This document shows, one piece after another, positions 48,686 to 59,388 of a stretch of DNA of 64,000 nucleotides. The DNA comes from Acidobacteriota bacterium (lineage in GTDB: Bacteria; Acidobacteriota; UBA890; WLXD01): positions 384,001 through 448,000 of the forward strand of contig CBDBHB010000009.1 in the NCBI GenBank assembly GCA_965205505.1, read 5' to 3'. Under the pieces are notes generated by a model. It searched no databases and was not told where the DNA came from. It saw nothing but the letters and a program-made list of their open reading frames with translations. The number at the start of each line of letters is the position of its first letter. Within the stretch, counting starts at the first letter, position 1. The position numbers and the translations under genes are program-made.

Positions 48686-50695
48686 TCATTCCTCTTCCTT
48701 GTAGGGCACGTTCATCGCTAGCGGCCCGGCCCACTCGTTGGGGACCTCGAGGCTGAGCGCCCAGTGGATGCCGTTGATGATCAGGCGCTGCAGGCCCTCC
48801 TGCTGGAGGTCGACCGGATGCCCGAGCGTTGTCGTGAACACGCGGCCGCCGGCGTCGGTGCGGCGGGTCCACGCGACCGGAGTATCCACCGGGTCACCGG
48901 CCTCGGGGTCGAAGGTGTCGCCCAGCGGGAAGCCCGTCATGAGGATCTGAGAGCCGGCAACCGGGTAGTCCGGGAGCAGCGTGTACAGCCATGAGGGCAC
49001 GTGGAATTCCGGGGGGACGCCGGTCAAGATCGGATGATCGGCCGCTGCCCCCAGGGGCCGCACGTCGGTGCCGTTCTCATGGCCGTAGTCCCACACGTAG
49101 GGGGCGCCGACGTAGCGTGGCCCGAAGTCATTGAACGACTCGAGCTCGTGGCCCTCCGGGTAGAGGAAGGCATGCGTGGAGGTGCGCAGGCTGACCAACG
49201 GGTTGCCGTGGTCGAGATAGCCGACGATGCGCTCGGCCTGGTCGCGCGGCAAGGTGCGGTTACGCATGAACAGCACCATCAAGTCCGCCTGCTCGAGGAG
49301 CTCGAGGCCAGGAATGTTGTCGGCGTGCTCGTCGGGGAACGCGCTCAGGACGGTGGTGCGCATGCTGTAGCTGGCCTCGAGCGCGGCGGCGAGGATCGGC
49401 ATGGTGAGCTCTGAGCTGTACTCGTCGTCGCCGGTTACGAAGACCACGTGGGGCTGGTCTGACTGATCGGACTGATTGCCGGACCGTTCAGTGACCCCAG
49501 GCCCGACGAAGGGCTCGACGATCATCCGTCCGCGGATCTCGGGCCTTCCGGGGCCACATAGAACGGGGCTGCGGAGCTCGAAGGTCCCGGCCTCGTCGGC
49601 AGTGAACGTGGCCGATTGCGGTCGTTCCACGAGGGCAGGCTTAGTGGTACCTCCGTAGGCTTCTATCTCTAGCGTGTAGCCGATCCCGTTGCCGTTGTCG
49701 GCGGCCACGAGATCGATTCGCACGCGGTCGTTCTGCCGCACGCGAATCATCTCGGGGGTGAGCGCATCGCCGCTGGCGGTGATGGTGAGCCGCACCAGCC
49801 CCTCGTCGTCAGCGGCGGTATCGCGCCCAGGTTCGTGCCGACTCTCGGGTCGACCTTCCGGCCCATATTCCGGCGGATGTTCCGACCCGGCGACCGCCAG
49901 GGTCTGCACGTAGGCTGCCAGATCCCAGATCTGGTCGGGCGAGAATGCCTCGGTGAAGCCCGGCATCGAGTTGCCGTTGTTACCGATGGCGATCATCAGA
50001 GCGTTGTCGCGCCGGGACACGCCGCGCTTGAATTGATTCGTGTCACGGAAATCGCGCGGCAGGATGGCGTTGCCGAAGGCGTCCATCAGCGTCGCTGCGT
50101 TGGGGCCATCACCAGCTCCGTTTACGCCGTGGCAGAGCGGACATTGGGCATCGACGTAGAGCCTCTCACCGCGGCGCACGCTCTCTGCGAGAGGCGCGGA
50201 AGGCTCCGGGCCGAGGTCGATGGGCTCACCGGATCCCCAGTCGTCGAAAGCCGGGGTAAGGGTCTTAACGAAATGGGTGACAGCCCAGCGCTCGTCGACC
50301 GAGAGCACCCGCCTCCACGGGGGCATCGAGGTGCCGCTCAGCCCCATCGACACGGTGCGAAACATGTCGTCGTCGATCGGCATGTCGCCGCCCGGGGTGG
50401 TCTTGAACCGGAAGACGCCCGCGGTCAGGTCGCGCGCCGGCGGCGACAGCAGCGACGCGCAGGGCCCGTCGGCATGCCCCGCTGCGCCGTGGCAGGAGGC
50501 GCAGTGGTCGGCATATACGGAAGCGCCCAGGGCGAGCAGATCGGTGGTGGCAACCGGCGCCGCCGGGACCTCGAATGTGCTCCAGGATTCTGCCGCGGGC
50601 GTCCCCGTGGCGTCGGGCTCGGCCCGTTCCGGGGCGCAGCCCACCGGGACCAACAGCCACGCGATCAGTGCAGCGCCAACAAGGAGGCGTTTCAT
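48686..50695 (-). CDS. Multidomain lipoprotein: two cytochrome c domains + degenerate cupredoxin + ThuA-like domain
   Basis: PVGC lipobox; CASCH, CPLCH; ADEAGTFELRSPVLCGPG; TGDDEYSSE, RTSTHAF, RVFTTTLGH. Confidence 0.85.
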   Translation of the reverse strand: MKRLLVGAALIAWLLVPVGCAPERAEPDATGTPAAESWSTFEVPAAPVATTDLLALGASVYADHCASCHGAAGHADGPCASLLSPPARDLTAGVFRFKTTPGGDMPIDDDMFRTVSMGLSGTSMPPWRRVLSVDERWAVTHFVKTLTPAFDDWGSGEPIDLGPEPSAPLAESVRRGERLYVDAQCPLCHGVNGAGDGPNAATLMDAFGNAILPRDFRDTNQFKRGVSRRDNALMIAIGNNGNSMPGFTEAFSPDQIWDLAAYVQTLAVAGSEHPPEYGPEGRPESRHEPGRDTAADDEGLVRLTITASGDALTPEMIRVRQNDRVRIDLVAADNGNGIGYTLEIEAYGGTTKPALVERPQSATFTADEAGTFELRSPVLCGPGRPEIRGRMIVEPFVGPGVTERSGNQSDQSDQPHVVFVTGDDEYSSELTMPILAAALEASYSMRTTVLSAFPDEHADNIPGLELLEQADLMVLFMRNRTLPRDQAERIVGYLDHGNPLVSLRTSTHAFLYPEGHELESFNDFGPRYVGAPYVWDYGHENGTDVRPLGAAADHPILTGVPPEFHVPSWLYTLLPDYPVAGSQILMTGFPLGDTFDPEAGDPVDTPVAWTRRTDAGGRVFTTTLGHPVDLQQEGLQRLIINGIHWALSLEVPNEWAGPLAMNVPYKEEE

Positions 50696-50702
50696 TGGCG
50701 GC

Positions 50703-50708
50703 AGTATA
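50703..50708 (-). promoter_or_regulatory. -10 box 7 nt upstream of the ATG (possible leaderless transcript)
   Basis: Minus strand TATACT-gccgcca-ATG(50695); no SD sequence. Confidence 0.4.
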
Positions 50709-50838
50709 GGCGCTCGTGTACGCTCCCCGCACCGCTGGCCGGATCCCCGTTGCGGTCGGCCCAGCGTGGGCCTGAGCCGCGCAAGAAGACCCGCGGCCCG
50801 CCATGCTTGAGGCACGCCCCGACGACGCTGGTGAGCAA

Positions 50839-52443
50839 TTGACGAGACACAAGGATTCGCGCCTACGCTCTTTCTTGCCCCTCCTGCTCGGGATAGCGGT
50901 CATTGCCTGCGACTCGGAGAGGTCCGCCGGCCCGGTAATCGAGCCGGGTGCGCCGAGACCCGGCCACGGGCGCAAGGTGGAAGGAGTGCATCCGGGATTG
51001 GAGATCGCGGCGATCCGTCCGCCCGGCATGAACCTCGGGGTGGGCGGTCTGGGGGTGCTCCCGGACGGACGCCTGGTGGTCGCCACTTTCGATGCGCAGA
51101 AAGTGCTGCCGATGGATCCGGCGACGGAGGTCAACGGCGAGCTCTGGTTGGTCGACAACGTCGCTGCCGCCGACCTCTCCGGGGTGACGTCGGTCCAGAT
51201 CGCCGACGATCTGCAGGAGCCACTCGGCGTTGCCGTCGTCGGTGCGGATATCTATGTATCGCACCGCGATGAGGTGACGCGGTTCGCGGTCGACGATGCC
51301 ACCGAGGTCTGGAGCCGAACGACGGTCGCGGGCGGCTGGGAGTCCCGCGACTGGCACTCGTTCTCGTTCGGCCTCATCCACGAGCCGGGGCAAGCCGACC
51401 ATCCCGGCTACCTGTACATGTCGCGTTCCACCGGTCTGGGCCGTTTCAGCAACCCTCCCGATCACGGTGCGGTGTGGAAGATCGACCTCGGCCGACCCCT
51501 GGGTGACAACGTCGAGGCCCTGGTTGGTGGCCTGCGGACGCCCAATGGCGTCGGCTTCGGTCCCGAGGGCGATGTCTTCGTCACCGACAACCAGGGCGAG
51601 TGGACACCTGCCAACGAGCTCAACCACGTCCAGAAAGGCCACTTCTACGGCTACGAGCACGACACCGAGAAGCCAGGAGACTACCCGACTCCGTTTCAGG
51701 ACCCGTCCGACCGGCTGAGCCCCGGGCAGGAAGCCACGCTACCCGCCATCCAGCTGCCGCAAGACGAGATCGCCAACTCACCCACCCAGCCCATCCTGAT
51801 CCCCGAGGGCCAGCCCTACGCCGGACAGATGCTCATGGGCGATATGCGCTACGGGGGCATCCAGCGGCTGCAGCTGGAGAAGGTCAACGGGGTGTGGCAG
51901 GGGGCAGCGTTCCGCTACTCGATGGGGCTGGAGGCCGGGGTGAACCGACTCGCCTGGGGGCCGGATGGTTCCCTCTACGCCGGCGGCATCGGCGGCGATC
52001 ACGCCGGCACCTGGGCGTGGGTGAACGACGACGGCGACCGGACGTTCGGCGGCCTGCAGCGTTTGCGACCGACCGGCGTGGTTGCGTTCGAGATGCAGAC
52101 GATTCGCGCCACGCCCGCTGGCTTCGAGATTCAGTTCACCCAGCCGGTTCCGTGGGCCTACCTCGCCCAACCGGGCAACTACCACCTCAGGCAATGGGCC
52201 TACCGCAGGACGCCCGCGTACGGCGGCGTCAAGCTGGGGCAGAAGGAGCTGACGGTGACCGCGGCGAGTGCGTCGGAAGATCGGATGTCGGTTCGGCTCA
52301 CCGTGCCGGACCTCGAAACCGGCCGGGTCGTTTACATCATGACCGATCCCGTGAACGACGACGGGGCGTACATGTGGTCTACGGAAGGCTGGTACACGCT
52401 GCATGAGATCCCGGCTAGCTCGGGGTCCGGCGCGCAGCATTGA
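50839..52443 (+). CDS. Beta-propeller lipoprotein (GSDH-like, uncharacterised)
   Basis: VIAC lipobox; GLRTPNG, TDNQGEW, NSPTQP, VNRLAWGPDGSLY; start uncertain. Confidence 0.75.
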   Translation: MTRHKDSRLRSFLPLLLGIAVIACDSERSAGPVIEPGAPRPGHGRKVEGVHPGLEIAAIRPPGMNLGVGGLGVLPDGRLVVATFDAQKVLPMDPATEVNGELWLVDNVAAADLSGVTSVQIADDLQEPLGVAVVGADIYVSHRDEVTRFAVDDATEVWSRTTVAGGWESRDWHSFSFGLIHEPGQADHPGYLYMSRSTGLGRFSNPPDHGAVWKIDLGRPLGDNVEALVGGLRTPNGVGFGPEGDVFVTDNQGEWTPANELNHVQKGHFYGYEHDTEKPGDYPTPFQDPSDRLSPGQEATLPAIQLPQDEIANSPTQPILIPEGQPYAGQMLMGDMRYGGIQRLQLEKVNGVWQGAAFRYSMGLEAGVNRLAWGPDGSLYAGGIGGDHAGTWAWVNDDGDRTFGGLQRLRPTGVVAFEMQTIRATPAGFEIQFTQPVPWAYLAQPGNYHLRQWAYRRTPAYGGVKLGQKELTVTAASASEDRMSVRLTVPDLETGRVVYIMTDPVNDDGAYMWSTEGWYTLHEIPASSGSGAQH

Positions 52444-53244
52444 ATGATGATTAGGCTCCGCTGGTTCGGAACCCTTGTGATGCTGACCGTCGCGCTGGGG
52501 TGCGGGCCGGGTTCCCGCGATGACCCCGAGCTGACGGAGCGTCCCGAGCCGGTGGGCGTGGCGCCCGATCTGAGCCGGGCCGGCGCGATCGTCGGTCGCG
52601 CCCTGTTCGGCGGCGATATCGACCCAGCAGTCATTCTCGATATGGGCGCCGACCCCTATTGCGCCCGGTTGCAGCGCTCGGAGCAGCACGCCGCGCCGCG
52701 CATCCGGGTCAACAGCGACCGGACGTTGCGCGACGTGCTCGTGTACGTGAGCGCGGGGCTCGAGGGGCTCGCGTTCCCGGACCCAACCCCCGAGGAAGCG
52801 CTGTTCGGATACAACGTTCCGGGGGTTCTCGACCAGGCCGATTGCACCTTCCGACCGCCGATCGTCGCCTTGCGGACCAGGCAGTCGCTGACCATCCGCA
52901 ACAGCGACGACACGCTACACAACGTCAGCGCCCGACCTGCCAGCGGTGAGGCCCTGGAGCTGAGCCAGCCGATGCCGGGGCTCGAGCATCAGCACGTCTT
53001 CGATCACGCTGAGATCGGGATTCCGGTTCGTTGCAGCGTGCACCCATGGATGGAGGCCACCATTCACGTCTTCGACCACCCTTACTTCTCGGTCACCGAC
53101 GAGGACTTCGGGATCGACCTCGGCCCCCTGCCGCCGGGCCGCTACACGGTGTCGGCACGGCACGAGATCCTCGGCACCTTGACGCAGGAGGTCACCGTGG
53201 GGTCGAACGAAACAGCGGAGATCGCCTTTGTCTTCGAACGGTAA
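52444..53244 (+). CDS. Cupredoxin/carboxypeptidase-regulatory-like lipoprotein with type-1 Cu ligands
   Basis: ALGC lipobox; LDQ..CTF.P, NSDDTLHNV, CSVHPWM. Confidence 0.8.
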   Translation: MMIRLRWFGTLVMLTVALGCGPGSRDDPELTERPEPVGVAPDLSRAGAIVGRALFGGDIDPAVILDMGADPYCARLQRSEQHAAPRIRVNSDRTLRDVLVYVSAGLEGLAFPDPTPEEALFGYNVPGVLDQADCTFRPPIVALRTRQSLTIRNSDDTLHNVSARPASGEALELSQPMPGLEHQHVFDHAEIGIPVRCSVHPWMEATIHVFDHPYFSVTDEDFGIDLGPLPPGRYTVSARHEILGTLTQEVTVGSNETAEIAFVFER

Positions 53245-53401
53245 CCGTGCGTTCGTGGCGGCCAACTCGGTTGGCGCGCGTCGACGCGGCTGTTAGTCGC
53301 TCATGCCAGCCAGGCGTAGACCGCTGCGGTAGCGCTCCGCGGCAGCGAGCTCGGCAGTGAGAAGTACCTCGATGTTCCGAGACGTGAGTCGCGGGCAGTC
53401 T

Positions 53402-56400
53402 CTACTGCGACCGGCTCGGTTGATCACCGTGCCAATAGAGCGGCCCGAGCGGCCGCTCCCTGGGCCATTGCTCGTCGAGCGTGTCAGCATCGTACAGCCG
53501 ACCGCCCTTGATCACGTAGCGCAGTGATGTGGTGTTGCGCAGATCGTCGAGCGGATCGGCGTTGAGCACGAGCATGTCGGCGAGCTTGCCGGCGGTGATC
53601 GAGCCGAGATCGTTGCCGAAGCCGATGCCTTCGGCACCATGCAGTGTGGCGGCGCGAAGAACGTCGAGCGCCGGCATGCCACCGGCGCCGAGGTTCCACA
53701 TCTCCCAGTGGAACGAGATGCCCTGCATCTCGCCGTGGCTTCCGGCGGTGACCTTGCCCCCGGCCACGACGATCGTGGCCACGTCCTTGGAGTGCTCCAG
53801 CCAGTAGAACTCCTCGTCGTGAAACCATTCGACCCGCCGGGTACGGTCGTCGAGTATCTCGTGTGGCGTGAATCGTCGCACCTTGGGGTCGTCGTGCACG
53901 TCGGTACGAGTCCACCAGTAGTAGATCGAACGCGGCCCGGTGCCCACCACCAATGTGGGGTCATAGTAGATACCCGACTGCACCAGCAGTTGCACCACGT
54001 CGGGCGCCAGGGGGAAGTGGGGCAGCACGTGCTCGAGCGAGTATCCGTCGATGACCTGGGTGATCATCGTCTTCATGTCGACGCCCTCGGTGGTTGGTGT
54101 AAGGTGGAACTCGCGCGCCGCGATGGCCATCCACTGACGTACCGTGCGGTCGCCCGTCAGGTATTGCTTGATCGTGTGGTGACCGTAGTAATCGCGATAG
54201 CGTCGCATCAGGTCACGCGCATCCTGCAGCGAGCCGATGTGGACGTCGGGGTACATCGCTCGACCGGTGGAGAAGGTGCGCGGCCCCACCATCGCGCCGA
54301 TCTCGACCAGATCGCTGTAGGTCATCACGTCGATGGCGTCTGCCGCATTGCGTGTGGTGGTGACGCCGTGGGCCAGGTAGTTGAGGTAGTCCCAGGCTGT
54401 GTTCCGGTGCATGCCGCGGGCGGCGCGCAGGTGCGCGTGCAGGTCGACGAACCCTGGAAGCAGCGTTGCGCCGCTGATGTCGATCTCGCGGGCACCGTCG
54501 GGGGTGGCCACCTCGACGGAGCGTGCGACCTGGGTGATCCGCTCATCGACGATCACTACGGCACCGTCGTCGATGACGCTGTCGCCGGCGCGCGCCGGAT
54601 CCATTGTCAAGATCCGGGCGCCGCGCAGCACCAAGGTGCCCTCGGCGCGATCACGCGGCAGCTCGATCTCGATGCGACGCTCGCTCGGTGCCGAGTCTGT
54701 GGCCTCCACCTGGCGCCCGAAGACGGCGTTGCCGAGCGACCACGTCTCGACGTCGCCTCGCGGGCTCCACGCGAAGAAGTCGACGCCGAGCTCATCGAGC
54801 CGCCTGACGCCGGAGCCCGGCGGCGGCTCTGCCACCGACAGTGTTGCAGGGGTGTCGCCGGCCGGAATCGGCACATACAACAGCCGCATGTCCGCGAGTA
54901 CCAGCGCGGCGTCGCCAACGGGTCCCATGACGATCGCGTCGACTGCTCGGGGTCCGCCCGGACCGAGAGGCTCGCGCCAGCCGGTGATCGCGAGATGTGT
55001 CCGCCTGTCGGATCCGTCGAGCGCCAACGAGAAGAGCCCCTCGGCGGGGTCATATGCATAGAAGCGGTCGTCGCGGTCGGCGAAGTGCGCTCGCCCGCCG
55101 CGGGCGGCCGCCACCAGGGTCCGCGGCCCCCCCGCGGCGGGTATCCGCACCCATTCGAGATTGTCGCCGCGCTGCTGCCAGGGACCGCGCGTGACGAGGA
55201 TCTCACGGTCTCCGGGCACCCACACGGGCTCGGTGTAGTAGCCGGCTTGCCGGCTGATGCGGCGAAGATCGCTGCCGTCAGCCGCCACGCGGTACAGATG
55301 ACCGCCCTCGAGGTCGGACCAGGTGACGAAAGCCAACGCCGAGCCGTCGTGGCTCCAGGCCGGCATCGCCTGCAGCGGGTCGGTCGGCACCCCGTCCATC
55401 GGCGCGACGGCCGAGACCTCCCCGCTGCCGATGTCCTGCACCCACAGCCTGTGCACCGCAGCGAATGCCAGCTTCGAGCCGTCGGGTGACAGTGTCGGCC
55501 AGCGAATGGATCGCACCACCAGCGGTTCGCGCGAGATCGGTGTCTCAAAGTGGATCAACGGTCCGATCGGCAGCGAGATATCGGCGGTGAAGTCGATCGC
55601 TGATTGCTTGCCATTCGCCAGGTCGATGCGGTGCGGCTTGCCGTTGATCGCCGCGATGATGGCCGAGCTATCGGGGAGGAACGCGAAGCCGGGCATGTGA
55701 TCCGACGAGGTGCCCATCCAGTTGTTTTCCTGCAAGTCGTGCTGCACCGGAAAGGCAAGCCAGCGCTCGGTCTCCGCCCGTAGATCGCGCATTCGGTAGC
55801 CCGTCTGGCTGTCCTGGCGGGACGCATAGACCATCCAGCGGCCGTCCGGTGAGATCGCCGGCCGCACCGCACCGCCGGCGGGCGCGGTGATTGGGACAAC
55901 AGCACCGGTGGCCGGGTCGAAGCGATCGATACGGTGGCCGTAGGGGTCGTTGCTTCGTGGTGGACGGTGCGACAAGTACAGCGCTCCGTCGGGGCCGAAC
56001 ACCGCCCCCATGCCGTAGATCGGCTGACCATCAACCAGCAACTGCGTTCCCGGACCTTCCGTCGACGGATAGCTCCATACGGTGTGCATCACGTCGATCC
56101 AGGTGAAGCGATCGGTGCGCGAGGCGACGATGGTGGTACCGTCCGGGCTCCATTCTGGTGAGGCGTACGTCGCATCGCGACCGGCGGTCAAGGCGCGCAG
56201 GCCGGATGCTGCCGATTCCGGCGTGTCGTCGTCGATCATCCGGCCGACTTCCAACGTCCACAGGTTCTCGGATCCGCTGCGATCACTGGTAAAAACAATC
56301 CGACGGCTGTCGGGCGAGAAGCCTGGCTGGGTGTCGAGGGCCATGCCGGAGGTGATGCGCTGTGCGCGGCCACCCGAGATCGGCATCAGGTACAGGTCGC

Positions 56401-56644
56401 CGAGGGCTGCGAAGACGATTGTGTCGCCGTCAGGGGAGACATCCAGCGACATCCAGGTGACGGCGTTGGTGGTCAGCTCGACGGTGCGGGTGGGCTCCAG
56501 CGGCAGTCGCGCACCGAAGCCATGCTGCGGGGGCGCTGCCGCCCGGCCCTCCAGGGCTCCAATACCAAGCGACAACATCACCAACGCGCCGAGCACGGCG
56601 ATCCAGTGGCAGTGCTTCACGGCTTGTTTCCGATCCGGGCTCAC
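53402..56644 (-). CDS. TolB/PD40 beta-propeller + amidohydrolase fusion, secreted
   Basis: WMSLDVSPDG and repeated SPDG blades; PGFVDLHAH, IKQY, TEG, EH, GSHG, GKLAD. Confidence 0.92.
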   Translation of the reverse strand: MSPDRKQAVKHCHWIAVLGALVMLSLGIGALEGRAAAPPQHGFGARLPLEPTRTVELTTNAVTWMSLDVSPDGDTIVFAALGDLYLMPISGGRAQRITSGMALDTQPGFSPDSRRIVFTSDRSGSENLWTLEVGRMIDDDTPESAASGLRALTAGRDATYASPEWSPDGTTIVASRTDRFTWIDVMHTVWSYPSTEGPGTQLLVDGQPIYGMGAVFGPDGALYLSHRPPRSNDPYGHRIDRFDPATGAVVPITAPAGGAVRPAISPDGRWMVYASRQDSQTGYRMRDLRAETERWLAFPVQHDLQENNWMGTSSDHMPGFAFLPDSSAIIAAINGKPHRIDLANGKQSAIDFTADISLPIGPLIHFETPISREPLVVRSIRWPTLSPDGSKLAFAAVHRLWVQDIGSGEVSAVAPMDGVPTDPLQAMPAWSHDGSALAFVTWSDLEGGHLYRVAADGSDLRRISRQAGYYTEPVWVPGDREILVTRGPWQQRGDNLEWVRIPAAGGPRTLVAAARGGRAHFADRDDRFYAYDPAEGLFSLALDGSDRRTHLAITGWREPLGPGGPRAVDAIVMGPVGDAALVLADMRLLYVPIPAGDTPATLSVAEPPPGSGVRRLDELGVDFFAWSPRGDVETWSLGNAVFGRQVEATDSAPSERRIEIELPRDRAEGTLVLRGARILTMDPARAGDSVIDDGAVVIVDERITQVARSVEVATPDGAREIDISGATLLPGFVDLHAHLRAARGMHRNTAWDYLNYLAHGVTTTRNAADAIDVMTYSDLVEIGAMVGPRTFSTGRAMYPDVHIGSLQDARDLMRRYRDYYGHHTIKQYLTGDRTVRQWMAIAAREFHLTPTTEGVDMKTMITQVIDGYSLEHVLPHFPLAPDVVQLLVQSGIYYDPTLVVGTGPRSIYYWWTRTDVHDDPKVRRFTPHEILDDRTRRVEWFHDEEFYWLEHSKDVATIVVAGGKVTAGSHGEMQGISFHWEMWNLGAGGMPALDVLRAATLHGAEGIGFGNDLGSITAGKLADMLVLNADPLDDLRNTTSLRYVIKGGRLYDADTLDEQWPRERPLGPLYWHGDQPSRSQ

Positions 56645-57894
56645 GTGAGATCGATCACGTGATCGGCGAACTCCAGGCGCTCGATGCTCAGCAATACATC
56701 ATTGCCGTCGCGGTCGATGCGCCCGTCGATCACGCGCACAGCACCGCCGCTACGGATCACCTCGTAGTCGGCGGCGTTCCCGACGAAGGTCGCAGTGTTC
56801 GAGCCATCGCCACCGTCGATCAGGTCGTCGCCGCCGTTGCCGCGCAGGGAGTTGTCGCCGGCATTGCCGGTGAGCGCGTTACCCTAGCCGTTGCCGACGA
56901 GATTGGCGTCGTTATCGCCGGTCAGGGTGACGTCGCGTAGGTGTTGCGACTTGGTGGTGTAGCGCAGGCTCGGGTCCATGGTGAGCGAGAAGGTGCCGTC
57001 GAAGCCCCCCGGCAGGCGTGGGTTGTAGGTCAGGAACGGCGGAAAGAACTCCTGCACGATCGCCAAGCCCTTCGGGTCCGTCGCGCGCATGCCCTCGCGG
57101 CCGCGGGCGCCGTAGCGTCCGAAGTGCGTGTGTCCGGCGGGGATGCTGTTGTCCTCGATCGGCCGGCCCTCATACACCGTTGGCAATACAGTCCACAGAT
57201 CGAGGTAGTTGTCGTTGATCACGCCGAGGTACTCGTTGGGGTGGTTCTCAACCTCGTCGTCGGGCCAGCCGCGCCAGATTCCGCGCGCCGTGGCCTCGGC
57301 GTCGATCTCGCGCAGGGCGTCCTGCATCTGCGGCAGGGCGGGCTTGATGCCGTAGTCGTGTACCAGGTGGATGATCTCCTCGAACGAGGCATCTCGCGTG
57401 CGGTGCGCCATGTAGTCCTCGTCGCCCTCGACCGGACACTCGTTGGCGCGCAGGTCCTGCATGCTGAGATCGGCGCTGCGCAGGTCGGTGTTCGCGAAGG
57501 CGGCGCGCAGCTCGGGCTCGGTGTTGAACAGCACCATGGTGGCCTTGCGATCCGACATCGAGTTGGCCACGACGCTCTTGTCGGCGCCGTAACGGGAGCC
57601 CGGCACGTCGGTGAGCACGTGCTGCATCACGTTGCGCGCCTTGAGAATGCGGTCATCGCTCCAGCCGTCCTGCGCCAGGAAGTGGATCGGCTTGCCGTTG
57701 GGCGCGATGAGCTTGGTGTACTTGACGAAGACCTCACGGAAGACGGCCGGGACATCGGCAGGCAGCTCGACGATGCCGTTCGGCGAGCCCGAAGTGTCGA
57801 TGTCCGGAAGCGTGAGGGCGGACTGGGGGCTGACCGGCGCTGGTGCGCACGCCAGAACCACGACCATCAGCAACAGCCTCGGCAGGAATCTCAT
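56641..57894 (-). pseudogene. EExxH zincin-like protein with RTX-like tail (family member D), in-frame TAG at 56884-56886
   Basis: RDASFEEIIHLVH, PNEY; frame continues 80 codons past the TAG (GNALTGNAGDNSLRGNGGDDLIDGG...ERLEFAD) to TGA at 56641, which overlaps the next start; paralog B has Trp at that position. Confidence 0.85.
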
Positions 57895-57907
57895 CGCCTC
57901 TCTCCTG

Positions 57908-59338
57908 TCAGTGAATCAGCAGAATGCGCTCGTTCGGCGGGTACAGGTACTCGACGCCGCGGTTGGTGACGACGTGGTTGCCCTCGATGTTGAGCGACAC
58001 CGGGAAGCCAGGGCGCTCGGGCAGGTTGGTGTGCACCATGTACTCGAACGAGAAGATGTGGTTTTCCTGGATCATCAGGTGGTCGCGATCCGACCGGAAC
58101 GGTGCTACCGAGGGGCCGACGGTCACCAGGCTGCCACCGTTGTTGCCCTGGCTGTGGAGGTCGATGGAGAAGCCCGACTGGTCGGTGTCTGCCAGCATCC
58201 GCTGGACCAGCTTGTAGTCTTCCGTGCCGATGTCGATGAACGGGGTATAGATGTACTCCACTTCCTCGAGCGCCTGGACGATGGCGGCGAGCGTTTGACC
58301 CGCCGTCCTGCCGATGCGGATATTGGCCCGGATGAGCTCCCGAGCGTGGATCGCCTGGTCGAAGGCGTGCTGAATGCTGTCGGGAACGCCGGTCTCGCCC
58401 TCCTGCAGCAGATAGGCGTTGCGCTTGTAGTCGGTGACGAAGTAGTCGAGGTAGCGCACCCCGATGTCGTAGGTGAGGAAGTCGCCGCGCTGGATAACGT
58501 AGTCGTTGTGGTGGATCCACCAGCGCACATCCGGCGGATCGATGGGCTCGGACTTGGCCGAGTAGAGAATCCTCGGGATGCTCACCCCGGTTGAGGTGCC
58601 GTGGTTGAGGCCGCGGCGGAACATCTCCTCGCGCACCCACCAGCCGATCTCGCCCAGGGTGGTTTGCCCCGGCGTGATGACCTCGCGTGAGAGCGCGCGC
58701 TCGAGGATCTCTCGATGTGCCTCGAGCGCGTTGGCGAACGCGACGAGCTCGCGCTGTACACGCCGCCTGCGGAAGTCGGTGATCACGTTCTCGGCCGAGA
58801 CGATGCGCGAGGAGTACTCCGGACCGAGGATGCGCTCGAGCTTCACATAGTCGGAGTGGGAGATCCCATCGGCGATGGCCAGCCAATCCGACGTGTTGAC
58901 GGCGATCCTCTGCGGGTCGCGCTCTGCCACGAACTGGCGCAGCTCGTCGTAGACGCCGGGATCCTGATTGCCGTAGTGGTAACCCTCGACGGCGCGAGCG
59001 AGCTCGTTGGAGCCAAAGATGTCGAACAGCTCCGGGTGCCCGCCGCCGCCGAGAACGGCGCGCTCGATGCGGCTGCCGCCGCGGTCGGTGAAGATCAGAT
59101 AGCCGGAGGCGGACCCGAAGTGCACCGACATAGGGTCGGGGTTGCCGGAGCGCACGACGTGGATCCACATGTCGACGTTGTTGTCGCGCATGGCTCCGGG
59201 CAGGATGAGGTCGAGCTTTTCGCGCCGGATCAGGTGCAGGATCTCCGCGCGTGACTTAGCGGTCTGGTTGGCGATCTGCGCTTGCGAGAAGGTCGGCAGC
59301 GAGATGGCGAGTAGGACCAGGATTGTGCGTAGCTTCAT
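57908..59338 (-). CDS. M24 metallopeptidase, secreted
   Basis: TYDIG, TDYKR, DLH, SFEY, NIEG; signal peptide; paralog of 26873-28267. Confidence 0.85.
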   Translation of the reverse strand: MKLRTILVLLAISLPTFSQAQIANQTAKSRAEILHLIRREKLDLILPGAMRDNNVDMWIHVVRSGNPDPMSVHFGSASGYLIFTDRGGSRIERAVLGGGGHPELFDIFGSNELARAVEGYHYGNQDPGVYDELRQFVAERDPQRIAVNTSDWLAIADGISHSDYVKLERILGPEYSSRIVSAENVITDFRRRRVQRELVAFANALEAHREILERALSREVITPGQTTLGEIGWWVREEMFRRGLNHGTSTGVSIPRILYSAKSEPIDPPDVRWWIHHNDYVIQRGDFLTYDIGVRYLDYFVTDYKRNAYLLQEGETGVPDSIQHAFDQAIHARELIRANIRIGRTAGQTLAAIVQALEEVEYIYTPFIDIGTEDYKLVQRMLADTDQSGFSIDLHSQGNNGGSLVTVGPSVAPFRSDRDHLMIQENHIFSFEYMVHTNLPERPGFPVSLNIEGNHVVTNRGVEYLYPPNERILLIH

Positions 59339-59388
59339 GGCGTGGGCTCGCTTGTTCCAGGGTGGGCCGGAGGGGCGATTGGACGACG

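Noticed and set aside
53258-53277. Short GC hairpins between convergent genes (also about 34378-34406 and 63849-63862) as terminators
   Set aside because: Short or imperfect stems without U-tracts; not supportable
56641-56662. TCACGTGA-N6-TCACGTGA palindromic repeat
   Set aside because: Lies in coding sequence at a stop/start overlap; probably coincidental
56884-56886. TAG recoding (pyrrolysine or alternative genetic code)
   Set aside because: Single case aligned to Trp; other TAG codons end genes at expected positions; no pyl genes seen
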